A stretch of 64,000 nt of DNA from an uncultured virus (IMG/VR IMGVR_UViG_3300018049_000008) (Duplodnaviria > Heunggongvirae > Uroviricota > Caudoviricetes), in the IMG/VR virus record IMGVR_UViG_3300018049_000008; one strand, given 5' to 3'. Within the stretch, counting starts at the first letter, position 1; each line of letters begins with the position of its first letter. The position numbers and the translations under genes were made by a program. Positions 36,534-47,700 of this stretch are shown in pieces. The notes below the pieces were generated by a model. That model was not told the DNA's origin. It saw only the letters and a list, made by a program, of their open reading frames with translations, and ran no database searches.

Positions 36534-39500
36534 TATACACCATTATCCCTTGTTTCAATTTTAAGTACATTAAATCTATGAATATCAGTAGCCGTTGCAG
36601 AGTCGCACGTGGCCATTAAATCGATATGAGTATTATTTGCAGCGAGTTGTGGTACTAAATTAACATCTGCCATACCACTCTCTACTTCACCATATCGAGT
36701 GTAGAAAATCTTTGTATCAGCACCAGTATCAGTTGTTATAACATTGATCTCAACTGCATATCCTTTAGTATCATCGTTGGTAACTTCACCATGAACAAAG
36801 TATTTAAATCCACGAGTTTGCTCGATTGGGAAAGTATCGATAAGCGTTGCTACATTACTAGTTACATCTCCACCTGTACCGGTAAATGCTACGCCATTAG
36901 CTTCAAGCGATGTTACTTCTAGATTGAGAATTGTTGCTGTATTCGACACTTCAAGATCAGTAACATTTGCTAATGCTAAAGTTACTTCTGATGGTAAAGT
37001 AATATTTGTATTGACCGTCAGATTGTCAGCATATAGTATCTTATCTACTGGATTATATAATAAACCAGAATCTGCATATATATCATGATAATCAGCAGTA
37101 TTGGCAGTAAATGCTACTCTAAATTCTTGATCGTCTGTAGAAGTATGAATTTCAACTGTATTTGCTTGAGCTGCAGTACCGGTAATATCGGATGAAATTT
37201 CATCAGGCAAATAATCATCACCAATTGTACCAGCATCAATATTGGATGCATTTAAATTGGTAATCGCAGCGCCATTACCAGTAAATGTAGTTGCATCAAC
37301 GTCGCCGGTAATTGTAGTATTGCCACCGGCAATTATTCCAGTTTGAATTGAGCCTGAATTCATGGCTCCATCTAGATGCAAATCATTCCATTTATTATCA
37401 CTGCTACCAATATTATATGTGGTATTTGCTTCAGGTATTAAATTACTTACAAATTCGGCCACTGCATCAATAGTATCAGTATTAGCATCACCAAGTGTTG
37501 TATTACCTTTTACAGTAAGATTACCATCAGCTACAATATTTGTAGATACATCTAATTGTCCAGTTACTCCTACACCTGTCGACTTTGTGGCTAATTTTGT
37601 AGCACCATTGTGATATAAAGAAACCGCACCACCAGCTACCATATCAACATAATTATTACCGGATGTATCTTCAAGTATCATACCATTAGCTTGAAGATAT
37701 AAATCGCCACCGCCAGTTTCGCGAATTATTGAATTGTTGCCTGTAGCGTCAAAGTAAATTTCTAAATCATCATCAGTACCAAATGTAGCTTTTACACCAT
37801 CATTGAAATTTAGAATATTATTAGTAGCTTCCCAATTTATTTCATCATTTCCACCATTTTGGAATGCTGCATCGCCTTGAACTTTTAATGTATCAGTATT
37901 GGCTTCACCTTCAATATCTACACCAAGATTAGTCGTAGAAACTCGTACTATGTTATTCGCACCTTCGCCTGCGTAGTACAATTGTACACTGCCACCGTCT
38001 GTAGCAGCCATATAATTAGTATCATCTGTGGCTCTTAGTGTTAAATTTGTACCTTCAATAACTAAATTACCACTACCACTTTCTAAGATATGTGAAATCG
38101 AACCGTCGCTATAGATTTCTAGGTCATGATTATCGCCAAATCTAGCTTTTACATCATCGTTAAAATCAAGTACTTTAGTGCCTGCCAACCACTCAAGGTA
38201 AATTGTATCGTCTGTACCTTCAAATTTAGCATTACCTTGAACACGCAACGTATCAGTATTAGCTTCGCCTTCAATGTCGACGCCGTCAGTTCTTATTTCT
38301 AGAATTTGTGTACCGTCGCCATGATGAATAGTAGTATTTGCACCACTCGTAGCTACAAAATAATTTGTTCCATCTGTAGCTGCTAAAATAAGATTATTGG
38401 CCTGAACATTTAAGTCGCCGCCACCGGTTTCTGTAATATAGCTATTAGAACCATCTGTATAAATTTCGAAAATATGGGCATCTGCATAATTAGTACCACC
38501 CATCTCAATCTTTTGATCATTATATGTAACAAAACCTGTTGATGCAATGACTTGACCTGTAACTTCAATACCATTTGTATTTGTTTGAAGCTTTATTGCA
38601 TCATCCCAATATAAAGTGACAGCGCCGCCTACGTCTGCAGTTATAAATTCTTCAGTGCCAGTATGACTTCTAATTGTAATACCATCGCCTTGAATATATA
38701 ATTCACCAGTAATATTCTCAATGTATGAATTATTTGCATCATGATAAACGCTTAAATCTCCACCTGTACCAAATGTAGCGAAGTTATCATCATCGAAGTT
38801 TAGTGTATTGGACGATTTAGTCCAAGTAAGAGTATTAACACTTGTAGAACCTTCGATATCAATACTACCTTCAAACAATGAAGTACTACGGACGCGTAAA
38901 GTTGAAGTATTAGCGAGGTCAGTAATATGAATCTGATTATTGTTTGCAACTAATGCTATAGTATCATCAGGTGAATAAAGTCGAGTACCAGTTCCATCGA
39001 TACCTTCTAGATAGCGAGAATCGTCAGTCGCTCTTAGTACTAAATTTGTACCTTCGATAATAAGGCTACCGGTATTAGCTTCTTCAATATAACTATTAGT
39101 GCCGTCATGATAAATGCTTAGATCTCCGCCATCACCAATTACAATTGGTGAACTGTCTTTTAAATATAATGTATTAGCACTACCATCCCATGACATATTA
39201 TTAGAATCTAATAAAATATCTCCATTAGCATCGGTACCGTCGAAGTTTGCGTCAGTACGAACCCGCAATGTTCCAGTATTAGCTTCGCCAGTAACTTCGA
39301 TACCATAATTATTTGTTTGTAACTTTTGATTGTTATTATGATAGAGAGTTACTTCGCCTGATGTGTTTGCTACGATAAGAGAAGTAACACCGGTATCATC
39401 AGTGACACGGAAATTATCTTGTACACGAACAAATAGATCATTAGCTGTTTCTGTAATTGTTGTATCAGTACCGTCGGTAACAATCGTAAAGTTATGAGCT

Positions 39501-41797
39501 GCAGCGTAGTTCGCGCCACCCATTTCGATTGGTTGGTCGTTGTATGTAACAATACCACCGTTGGCTACCAATTCACCTGTAACTTCAACACCGTGTGTAT
39601 TTGTTTGTAGACGTTCAGAACCTTCGTAGTATAATCTAACTGTGCTATTATCAGCTACATTAGCTGACATGTATAATTCTGCACCGGATTCAGACTTCAA
39701 CTCAAACGTGTCGGTAATCATATTCATGTCTGTGCGAGCACGAATATCCATATTATCGGTGTTAGAGTATGCACGGCCAGCTGCTAGATAGAACATCTCC
39801 CAATCATCGCTATCACCAAGAGTAATCTTAGTTGCATCACGGTAGTTCCATGTATTAGCCGATGCATCCCAATGAACATTATTAGAATCTAATCCACCAG
39901 ATCCATCGAAGTTAGCATCTTCTGTGACTCTTAACGTATCTGTATTTGCTTCACCGTGTATTTCAACGCCGGGTACTTCACCTAATTGTGTTCCTGTTGT
40001 TTCAAGTCTAGCAACACCACCATTATAAAGAACAACTTCACTCGATCCGTCATTATTAGCAGTAATAAAGCTAATAGTGCCAGGCTCGTTAGTAAGATTA
40101 AATCCTTCGTGTACAAAAATATTTAGATCTTTATCACCAGAAACAATAATACCATCAGTTCCATCGGTGTAAATTTGGAAATTATAATCAGCGATGTCTT
40201 CGGCGCCTGTGTATGGATATGTGCCACCCATCAAAATCTTATTATTATCGAAGACTACGACATTGTCTTTTACAATTGTATCACCATCAACAACTATACC
40301 GTGTGTATTTGTCGACAGTCTTACATTGCCTTCGTAGTAAAGTTTAACTGTGCTATTGTCAGCAACATCGGCCGACATATACAATTCGCTACCGAGTTCT
40401 GATTTAATTTCTACAATATCTGAAATGATATTAAGATCGACGCGAGCTCGAATGTCTTGATTGTCCGTATTCGAATAGGCTCGACCGGCAGCAGTATAAA
40501 ACATTTCCCAGTCATCACTGTCACCAAGAGTAATCTTAGTTGCGTCACGATAGTTCCACGTATTTGCTGATGCATCCCAATGTACGTTGTTTGAATTAAG
40601 TCCACCAAATCCATCAAAGTTTGCATCTTCTCTGACTCGAAGTGTTGTTGTATTAGCTTCGCCAAATACTTCTACACCCGGTACTTCACCTAATTGTGTT
40701 CCTGTTGTTTCGAGACGAGCATCACCATTGTTATAAAGAACAACTTCGCTCGAGCCATCGTTATTTGCAGTAATAAAGTTTATCGTACCGGGCTCATTCG
40801 TAAGATTGAATCCTTCGTGCACGAAAATATTTAGATCCTTATCACCTGATACAATAATACCGTCTGTGCCATCAGTATAAATCTGGAAGTTATATGTTGC
40901 AATATCTTGTGTGCCATCATATGGGTATGTTCCACCCATCATGATTCGACCGGTATCAAACATTACGATGTCATCTTTGATAATAGTATCACCATCGACT
41001 ACAACACCATGAGTATTCGTGGAGAGTCTAAGATTTCCTTCGTAATATAGCTTGACTGTGCTGTTATCTGCAACATCAGCTGAGATATAAAGTTCTGAAC
41101 CTATATCTGACTTCAGCTCGAAGTTATCTGTAATAAAGTTGACGTCAGTATTTGCACGAATGTTCATGTTCTCTGTGTTGACATACATTCGACTATCTGC
41201 GTCAACAAATAAGAATTCTGCTTGACCTGTACCGCCTACAACTTCTGAACCCGAATCTTTACCAAAGACTGCACGGACATTATCATTAAAGCTGAGGATA
41301 TTATCAGCATCTTCCCACTTCAACTTTGGATTAACGGCTGTGCCGCCATTGCCTACGAACAAAACATCATGTCGTAGTTCTGTATTGGCTTCTACTTGAA
41401 GACCGTACATTGTATCGACATATACAACGTTACCTTCATCTGTAAATGTAGTATTTGAAACTACGTAAAGTGTATCGGCGCTAATATTATTAGTTGCTGG
41501 ATCCCAGTTGCCGCCCCTTAAACCACCAAAGCTTCCGTTAGCGAAAACATTATCATCTGATCCGTCGTTTCCACCATCATTGAGTACAACCATTGTGTTG
41601 GCAGTAAATTGACCGAAGAGTGTCGCATTACCCCAAGTCATAGAACCACCGGGCAAACTATTTGCAGTCATTGCCTGTGTAGTACCGGGAACTGTGTTAC
41701 CTCGGATGATCAACAACATCTCATTGGTTTTTTGTAACCAATCGCTAAATGAGTCGTTAGCTGGATCTATCTGATCAAAACCTGAAAGTAATGCCAT
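36533..41797 (-). CDS. Long tail-fibre-like protein (1754 aa) with internal tandem duplications
   Basis: N-terminal DSF..W..KTN attachment-like motif; recurring G...DL.IY.DG.NSYI and V.LY......L.T...GV.V.G fibre repeats; 236-aa tandem duplication. Confidence 0.8.
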   Translation of the reverse strand: MALLSGFDQIDPANDSFSDWLQKTNEMLLIIRGNTVPGTTQAMTANSLPGGSMTWGNATLFGQFTANTMVVLNDGGNDGSDDNVFANGSFGGLRGGNWDPATNNISADTLYVVSNTTFTDEGNVVYVDTMYGLQVEANTELRHDVLFVGNGGTAVNPKLKWEDADNILSFNDNVRAVFGKDSGSEVVGGTGQAEFLFVDADSRMYVNTENMNIRANTDVNFITDNFELKSDIGSELYISADVADNSTVKLYYEGNLRLSTNTHGVVVDGDTIIKDDIVMFDTGRIMMGGTYPYDGTQDIATYNFQIYTDGTDGIIVSGDKDLNIFVHEGFNLTNEPGTINFITANNDGSSEVVLYNNGDARLETTGTQLGEVPGVEVFGEANTTTLRVREDANFDGFGGLNSNNVHWDASANTWNYRDATKITLGDSDDWEMFYTAAGRAYSNTDNQDIRARVDLNIISDIVEIKSELGSELYMSADVADNSTVKLYYEGNVRLSTNTHGIVVDGDTIVKDNVVVFDNNKILMGGTYPYTGAEDIADYNFQIYTDGTDGIIVSGDKDLNIFVHEGFNLTNEPGTISFITANNDGSSEVVLYNGGVARLETTGTQLGEVPGVEIHGEANTDTLRVTEDANFDGSGGLDSNNVHWDASANTWNYRDATKITLGDSDDWEMFYLAAGRAYSNTDNMDIRARTDMNMITDTFELKSESGAELYMSANVADNSTVRLYYEGSERLQTNTHGVEVTGELVANGGIVTYNDQPIEMGGANYAAAHNFTIVTDGTDTTITETANDLFVRVQDNFRVTDDTGVTSLIVANTSGEVTLYHNNNQKLQTNNYGIEVTGEANTGTLRVRTDANFDGTDANGDILLDSNNMSWDGSANTLYLKDSSPIVIGDGGDLSIYHDGTNSYIEEANTGSLIIEGTNLVLRATDDSRYLEGIDGTGTRLYSPDDTIALVANNNQIHITDLANTSTLRVRSTSLFEGSIDIEGSTSVNTLTWTKSSNTLNFDDDNFATFGTGGDLSVYHDANNSYIENITGELYIQGDGITIRSHTGTEEFITADVGGAVTLYWDDAIKLQTNTNGIEVTGQVIASTGFVTYNDQKIEMGGTNYADAHIFEIYTDGSNSYITETGGGDLNVQANNLILAATDGTNYFVATSGANTTIHHGDGTQILEIRTDGVDIEGEANTDTLRVQGNAKFEGTDDTIYLEWLAGTKVLDFNDDVKARFGDNHDLEIYSDGSISHILESGSGNLVIEGTNLTLRATDDTNYMAATDGGSVQLYYAGEGANNIVRVSTTNLGVDIEGEANTDTLKVQGDAAFQNGGNDEINWEATNNILNFNDGVKATFGTDDDLEIYFDATGNNSIIRETGGGDLYLQANGMILEDTSGNNYVDMVAGGAVSLYHNGATKLATKSTGVGVTGQLDVSTNIVADGNLTVKGNTTLGDANTDTIDAVAEFVSNLIPEANTTYNIGSSDNKWNDLHLDGAMNSGSIQTGIIAGGNTTITGDVDATTFTGNGAAITNLNASNIDAGTIGDDYLPDEISSDITGTAAQANTVEIHTSTDDQEFRVAFTANTADYHDIYADSGLLYNPVDKILYADNLTVNTNITLPSEVTLALANVTDLEVSNTATILNLEVTSLEANGVAFTGTGGDVTSNVATLIDTFPIEQTRGFKYFVHGEVTNDDTKGYAVEINVITTDTGADTKIFYTRYGEVESGMADVNLVPQLAANNTHIDLMATCDSATATDIHRFNVLKIETRDNGV
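39560..41190. repeat. Intragenic tandem duplication, 708-nt period (about 2.3 copies)
   Basis: TGCATCCCAATG anchor at 39863 and 40571; the translated copies are highly similar (NFQIYTDGTDGIIVSGDKDLNIFVHEGFNLTNEPG occurs twice). Confidence 0.85.
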
Positions 41798-41801
41798 TAC
41801 T

Positions 41802-41987
41802 TTATCCTACTGTTAAATCTTTGATTATTTTTTTTAAATCTGCGATTTCGTTTTCTAACCGTGAAATACGAGCTGACAAATCTACTTCTCTTTTTGCCCG
41901 GCGTCTTGCTAATTTATATTGTTCGAATTCATCGATATTATTATTTATAAACACACCTTCATCAATCTTCACTAAACTTTCTGACAT
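41802..41987 (-). CDS. Small conserved coiled-coil protein (61 aa)
   Basis: IN.N..E..QYK..R.......I..LE.EI..LK..I..L pattern; TAATG-coupled to the upstream structural gene, a usual position in T4-like genomes. Confidence 0.75.
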   Translation of the reverse strand: MSESLVKIDEGVFINNNIDEFEQYKLARRRAKREVDLSARISRLENEIADLKKIIKDLTVG

Positions 41988-44752
41988 TATGCAGAAACTC
42001 CTATAACTCTGTAATCATCAACTTTAGGTGTTAATTTACGATCTTCCGCCAGTAACACAATCTTTATTGCAACAGTATCATAGTTATCATATGATTCACC
42101 TGATACACCAAAGTATCTAACGATATCGTCATTTTCGATATTCTTAAATGCAGTATATGGTGTCGTTAGTGTATCAATTTTTAAACCATCTTGTGCTATA
42201 CTGGTATTTGATACAGGTTCATTCAATGTAATTGATCCAGCATCTGAAGTTTCAACTGAAAATACTCCATAATTATCTGAGAAAATAGGACTATAAATTT
42301 TAATTACGTCGCCTGCTGATACATCTGTACCAGTTCCAGATGTTGTCGTTAAAACTGCACTATCTAATGTAGCCGTATATTCTCCACTCAATGTTGTTGC
42401 AGAAGGTGGATAGAATGGAAATCCGTATTCATATTCTCTATAATCCGTTCTATTCAAAGATGATGAATAATCATCAATAGAAGATAAATTTGTCAATTTG
42501 GTCCAATACTTATCATCGAACGATGCTGGATCATCTGAGTTTAGAATTTTAGCATAAATTTCAATTTCTGTTTGTCGTGGTCTGTATGCATTAATAATAA
42601 CACGTATGTCCTCGGCTCTTTGGCCATCAAACTCTAATTTCTTAGAAATATGTTTAGTAATCGCATTACCATCATTCGTATGTTCGTTAGTCGAATCATT
42701 GTTAATAGCAAATCTATGAGCAACAACCTGTAATTCATCAATTTCAAAAGCTGGTACATTATAGACTTTTGTTTTTTGTCCATTATAAACAAATGATAGA
42801 TTAAGTATAGATGATTTTGAATCGCTTGATGCATTATGCATATTAGTAGATTGATCAACTTCTATTGATTTTGATAGAATTTCAGCAGTATAGTCAACAT
42901 TATTTACTGCGTTCAAATACATATTTGGAGTAGTATCATCTAATTCATATACACCACCGCCAACCGATTCTGCAAATTTGTAATAAGATGTAGCATCGAA
43001 TTCAGTAGGCAAATCACCATTCCAAGCTGTTCTAAAAATAGATACATCAAGAGTATCCATATAATCAATTGTACCTGTAGATCCTGATTGATGACCTATA
43101 ATAGTATCGGCTGCCCAAAAACGTTTAGTATTATCCACATCATATTGTGTAACATTTACTGACGAATCATTCAATCTCATAAATTTAAAATCGAAATCAT
43201 ATACTTCGATTCTTCCAATTACTGTGTTTTTAAAACTACCATTAGTAATTGTTCTTTCACAATATTCTTCTACATATATTTTAGTTGATGACGGTGCAGC
43301 GATACTCGTATCTACTGTAAATATTTGTACAATTGTACTATCTGTACCATCTATTACAACTAACTTATCGCCGTCGTTAACAGATGCCATTCCTGTTCCG
43401 GTAATAACTTTTTGACCTGCTGTAATTGAAATACCAGTAGAATCTGCTGTTTTATCTTTATAAACCCATTCGCCGGGCATCCAATTATCGTCTGTGCCAT
43501 AAACTAATTGTATAAATTCATAGTCTTTGTGTATAAAGTTTACTGATACATCACCGATATTATATTCAGCAATATTTACATCGAATTTTAAATCTAGATT
43601 TGTATCAGGTTGCCAAGGTCGTTCTCTCTTAGCACTTAAGACTGCACCGCGACTAGCAGAAGTACGTGCAGGATAATAATCACCTTGATGTTCTTTTGAT
43701 GATCCACCTGAACGCTGTTCGGATCTATTACCATTTACCAATAATAAATCACCTTTTTGACTGTACCAAAAAATATATTCTTCATCTTCTGGTTGTATAC
43801 AAAGAGCATATGATTTATTGGTGTCAACAGTTACTGGAGAATCGAATTCAAATCTAGTACCTGATGCAGCGAGTGGTGAAGCTTTAGTTTCGTGCCATTC
43901 TGCTCGAGCGACACCGTCTTCAAATCGACCACTGGTATTTGGACTTCCATCTGCATTACATTCCAACAAAATAACGTTAATGCCCGGATTTTTTCGGCCG
44001 CTTCTATTACCTGTTTGGCCAGGCTTTCTTCGTAAATATAAAACTACATCTGTAATATCGACAGTTTTTGATCCACCGACAAGTCTAGAATTAATGAAAA
44101 ACGTTTGATAAAATGCACCAGTTGTTTCGGTTTGTCGTCTTGGTCGATGTTTACCTGTTTTTGGCAGTGTTGCATCTGCAATAATACCCGGAGGTAACGC
44201 GTCATCACCAATATTAGCTTCGTCATCAATTGTACTACTATTATATTGAAACTTTACAGTTTTAATTCTTGAATCAGAATCAGGATTATTAACTTGTGAA
44301 TACTCGATAAGTTTAATTTTTTCCCGACCTTTATCATGACTCTTACTACGCTGCCGATATTGTTTCCACAGTTCGACTGCACTACGTTGACCAGCCGTAG
44401 GAGTACCGACAGTACTAATAGCATCGCCGCCAAAGTTCATTACCGTTAAATCTAATTTACCAGCATCATCAGTTTTTAAATATGTCAGTATGCCTCTATT
44501 GCCAGCCCGGTGTAAATTATTTTTTATAGATTCACCGATAGGTAAAGAGAAATCAGTCACATCTTCAAATTGTTGACCGGGTTTATTATCTAACATTACC
44601 TTATAACGAGTATTAGGTTTTAACCCAGCCGCTTTGATTTTAGTTAAACCACCTGGCACATGATTCAACTCATATTTTTCAGGCAATGAAAAGAAATTAT
44701 CATCTTTTTGCTTTAAAGCTGCTAAATTTCCTATTAATCTTTTACGAGCCAT
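41987..44752 (-). CDS. Virion structural protein (921 aa) corresponding to the C-terminal part of VrlC/DUF4815-type proteins
   Basis: GLKPNTR, QTFFI, T.F.F.SPV, W.....DLKF, YREYEY, and C-terminal AIKIVL......P.V.DYR.I..SA. Confidence 0.7.
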   Translation of the reverse strand: MARKRLIGNLAALKQKDDNFFSLPEKYELNHVPGGLTKIKAAGLKPNTRYKVMLDNKPGQQFEDVTDFSLPIGESIKNNLHRAGNRGILTYLKTDDAGKLDLTVMNFGGDAISTVGTPTAGQRSAVELWKQYRQRSKSHDKGREKIKLIEYSQVNNPDSDSRIKTVKFQYNSSTIDDEANIGDDALPPGIIADATLPKTGKHRPRRQTETTGAFYQTFFINSRLVGGSKTVDITDVVLYLRRKPGQTGNRSGRKNPGINVILLECNADGSPNTSGRFEDGVARAEWHETKASPLAASGTRFEFDSPVTVDTNKSYALCIQPEDEEYIFWYSQKGDLLLVNGNRSEQRSGGSSKEHQGDYYPARTSASRGAVLSAKRERPWQPDTNLDLKFDVNIAEYNIGDVSVNFIHKDYEFIQLVYGTDDNWMPGEWVYKDKTADSTGISITAGQKVITGTGMASVNDGDKLVVIDGTDSTIVQIFTVDTSIAAPSSTKIYVEEYCERTITNGSFKNTVIGRIEVYDFDFKFMRLNDSSVNVTQYDVDNTKRFWAADTIIGHQSGSTGTIDYMDTLDVSIFRTAWNGDLPTEFDATSYYKFAESVGGGVYELDDTTPNMYLNAVNNVDYTAEILSKSIEVDQSTNMHNASSDSKSSILNLSFVYNGQKTKVYNVPAFEIDELQVVAHRFAINNDSTNEHTNDGNAITKHISKKLEFDGQRAEDIRVIINAYRPRQTEIEIYAKILNSDDPASFDDKYWTKLTNLSSIDDYSSSLNRTDYREYEYGFPFYPPSATTLSGEYTATLDSAVLTTTSGTGTDVSAGDVIKIYSPIFSDNYGVFSVETSDAGSITLNEPVSNTSIAQDGLKIDTLTTPYTAFKNIENDDIVRYFGVSGESYDNYDTVAIKIVLLAEDRKLTPKVDDYRVIGVSA

Positions 44753-44764
44753 TATTGTACCTTA

Positions 44765-47700
44765 TTAATGTAGTCTAGTAGTTCTAATATGTCTGGTTAG
44801 TTTATTATGTACAACGACGTTGTCGGCTGTGTAAGTATTATCACCATCAACGTGGAAGTTAAACACTTCAATACTATCATCAAACTTATGAATATTTATT
44901 ACAACTTCAGAAGATGTCATACCAGCATCAGTTAACGTTATAATTGTATCACCAATTTCTAGTTGTGATATTTCCATATCAGGATGCATTTGTGCTGCTT
45001 TAACTGCATCAACTGCTCGCCATCCTTCTGAGGTTAAAATAGGATGATATGCTGTCAATGTTAGTTTATCATTGATAGTAGCCATCGGTCTCAATTCAAC
45101 TGGAATTGGGAACAATTCTACAACATCATTAAACTCGCCATGTTGACCTACAACTTCATCGCCTACGACAATATCTTGAATATTCTTATAAGAGAAATCA
45201 CTCATTAATATTTTCGTATTTGCTACAAAGCATCCATGACCACCATGTGTTGTTTTTGGTGCTGGATCTGGTGTAGCCGGCGTCACCGGATTAGTTGCAA
45301 TCGGAGGAATGCTAGGCGGCACCGAAGGTGATCTATACGGCGGCCTTCTAGTAGGTACCTTATCCGGTATTGGATTAGGTGCTGGCTGTCTTGGCGGCTG
45401 CTTAATCACTTTAGGCGGCACAGGCAAAGGATCCGGCATAGGCGGCGGAACTTTTGGTGGTGCCTTCACCGGAGGTACTACGGGCGGAGGACTTCCCCGA
45501 ATGATTGGTGGCCTAACAACTACCGGAGGTACAGCTGGTTTCACCGGTGGCGCTACTGCAATTGAACAATCCGGATTTGTTGGTGTTGGATTATCACAGC
45601 CATCGTCTTGTTTTGGTGCTGGTCGTACAGGACTCGTACAAACAGGCGGTGGTGGTTTTGGTGCCACATATTTACATACTGGAACATTATTTGGATCTGA
45701 TGTCGACAATTTAATGGCACACTTACCATTTGTTCCTCTTTTACCAGTAAAAACAAATGTATTTAATGTTTTATCAATAGTAGCCGTACAAAATGTTTTT
45801 GCTACTGTGCCAGATGGAGGACACGCAGGTGGAGCAGGAATAACAGGTTCAGGCACTGGTACCGGATTAGGAACAGGTATTACATAACCACATTTAGTTG
45901 AATTAGGAGCCCTATTACCAACTTGAGTACCATAATTGCCATCAGAAACATATGTTACTAATGTTGTACCAATACATTTAGTATAGAGGAATGTGCCTTT
46001 AGCTGATGAAGGTGGTCGTGTATTTCTTTCGGTCGCACCTGTGTCAAAGATTGGATCAGCAACTGTAATTGTAGGATAACAGATTTCATAGTTAAATATT
46101 TCACCACCCTTAATAGCACGTACTGTGATCCATTTTCCTTTTGTATAATCATAAGGAATGGAAATTTTTCCAGCACCTTTAAAACAATTGTAATTAATAG
46201 TGCCCGATGGTGAACCGGTCAAGGTTATAGTTCCGGCTGCAGACAATGCTACAAACCACGGATTATCGGCATATGAAATAGCTGAATTTCTACTATTTTT
46301 AACAGGATATAATTTTTTATAAAGAGCAATTGCATCAGGCGGTGTTACGGCGACTGGTGTTTGTGATGCACTTGACCAAACTATATTTGCATTTTCCAAT
46401 CCACGCGTAGGCTTAGTAGATGATTGAATAATTTCAAATGCAACCTTGCCCCTCGGAATATAAAAAGTAAGATCGATATTTCTAGTTGAATTATCAGTAA
46501 AATCGGGTGCTAAGAAACTAGCTTCTTCCCAAACATTTTGTAGTTTAGACCAACTACCCGTTGAATCTCCTATATTCTTTGTATTTCTATTCGATACAAA
46601 TTGACATGCATCAGTAATGGCAGGTGGCTGTGGCTCAGGAATATATGGTCCATAAGTAGCAAATTTTTGTGATAATAATCTTTTGCGTGAAAATGGAAAA
46701 GTAACTTTATTTCCTGTTCTATATGGTCCTGACTGTGCATCGAGCTTATAATCAATTGTAGATGTACCACGAGCTGGTTGCAATACATATTCATAAATTG
46801 ATGCATTATATTCAGGATTTTGAATATTTGCCAGATCATAGTTTTCAAAATTATCAACAAAGAAACCAAACTTAAATCTTTCAAGTGTAGAATCTACCGA
46901 ACTTGGGATTTTTCTATTCTTAACTGAGTCTTCAAGTTCTGATATATTTTGATTATATTCTAATGCTTCTAGACGTCGCTCTAATTTTGCGATGTCTGAC
47001 ATTGTATAACCTTCATTTTGATCGTCAATTCTGGTAGCTTTGATAGAATATCGATCACCACGATATCCTGAAGTATCGCGTTCGCTGATGACATTTGTGT
47101 ATAGAATTGTAGTTATGTCTGTCGACAATACTTGTGGTAAACTAGGATAGGGAGCAACATCTACCTTATATAAGACAATCGCGTTTGGATCTGATTTATC
47201 TAATTTGTTGGTATCTTGAGCAATATGAAAATCACCATCAATATCGATCATGATCTCATCTGTTCTTCCCTTATATGATCTTATATCGTATATAATATCG
47301 CCCTGCGGCCGTGGGAATTTTAGACCACTGAGACCAGTAAATGCAATTGTTCCACTCGGATCGGTTGATGCTGTTGCATCTGTGGTAGCATCAGCAGCAG
47401 TTTGATCTACAAATGGTCTAAAGTCAAATGCTTCTCGTAAATCATACGTAATGCCTTGTACTGTAATAACAGGAATTTCAAGGTTATGAATATTCGTGCC
47501 AGCTGTGGTCAATGCATCTAAATCTTTTTCATCATCAATAGGATATGAGTCAACAGTTTTTAAGCCGCCGCGGGCAGCTGGTTCCAAATAATCTACTTCG
47601 ACCAAAATCGTTGCTGCTAATGACACAGATGATGTATCATTTTTTCGAAGTGATCCTAAACCCCAATAATTAGCAGTCTGACCCATATCAACAAAGAATT

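Noticed and set aside
39560..41190. Duplicated segment as a possible diversity-generating retroelement TR/VR pair
   Set aside because: Both copies are in frame within one gene, differences are mostly synonymous rather than adenine-specific, and no reverse transcriptase is present in the window.
44804..45232. Hint domain as a mobile, splicing intein
   Set aside because: It has no endonuclease domain, the +1 residue is Lys, and it sits at the C-terminus of a structural protein rather than in a conserved enzyme motif.
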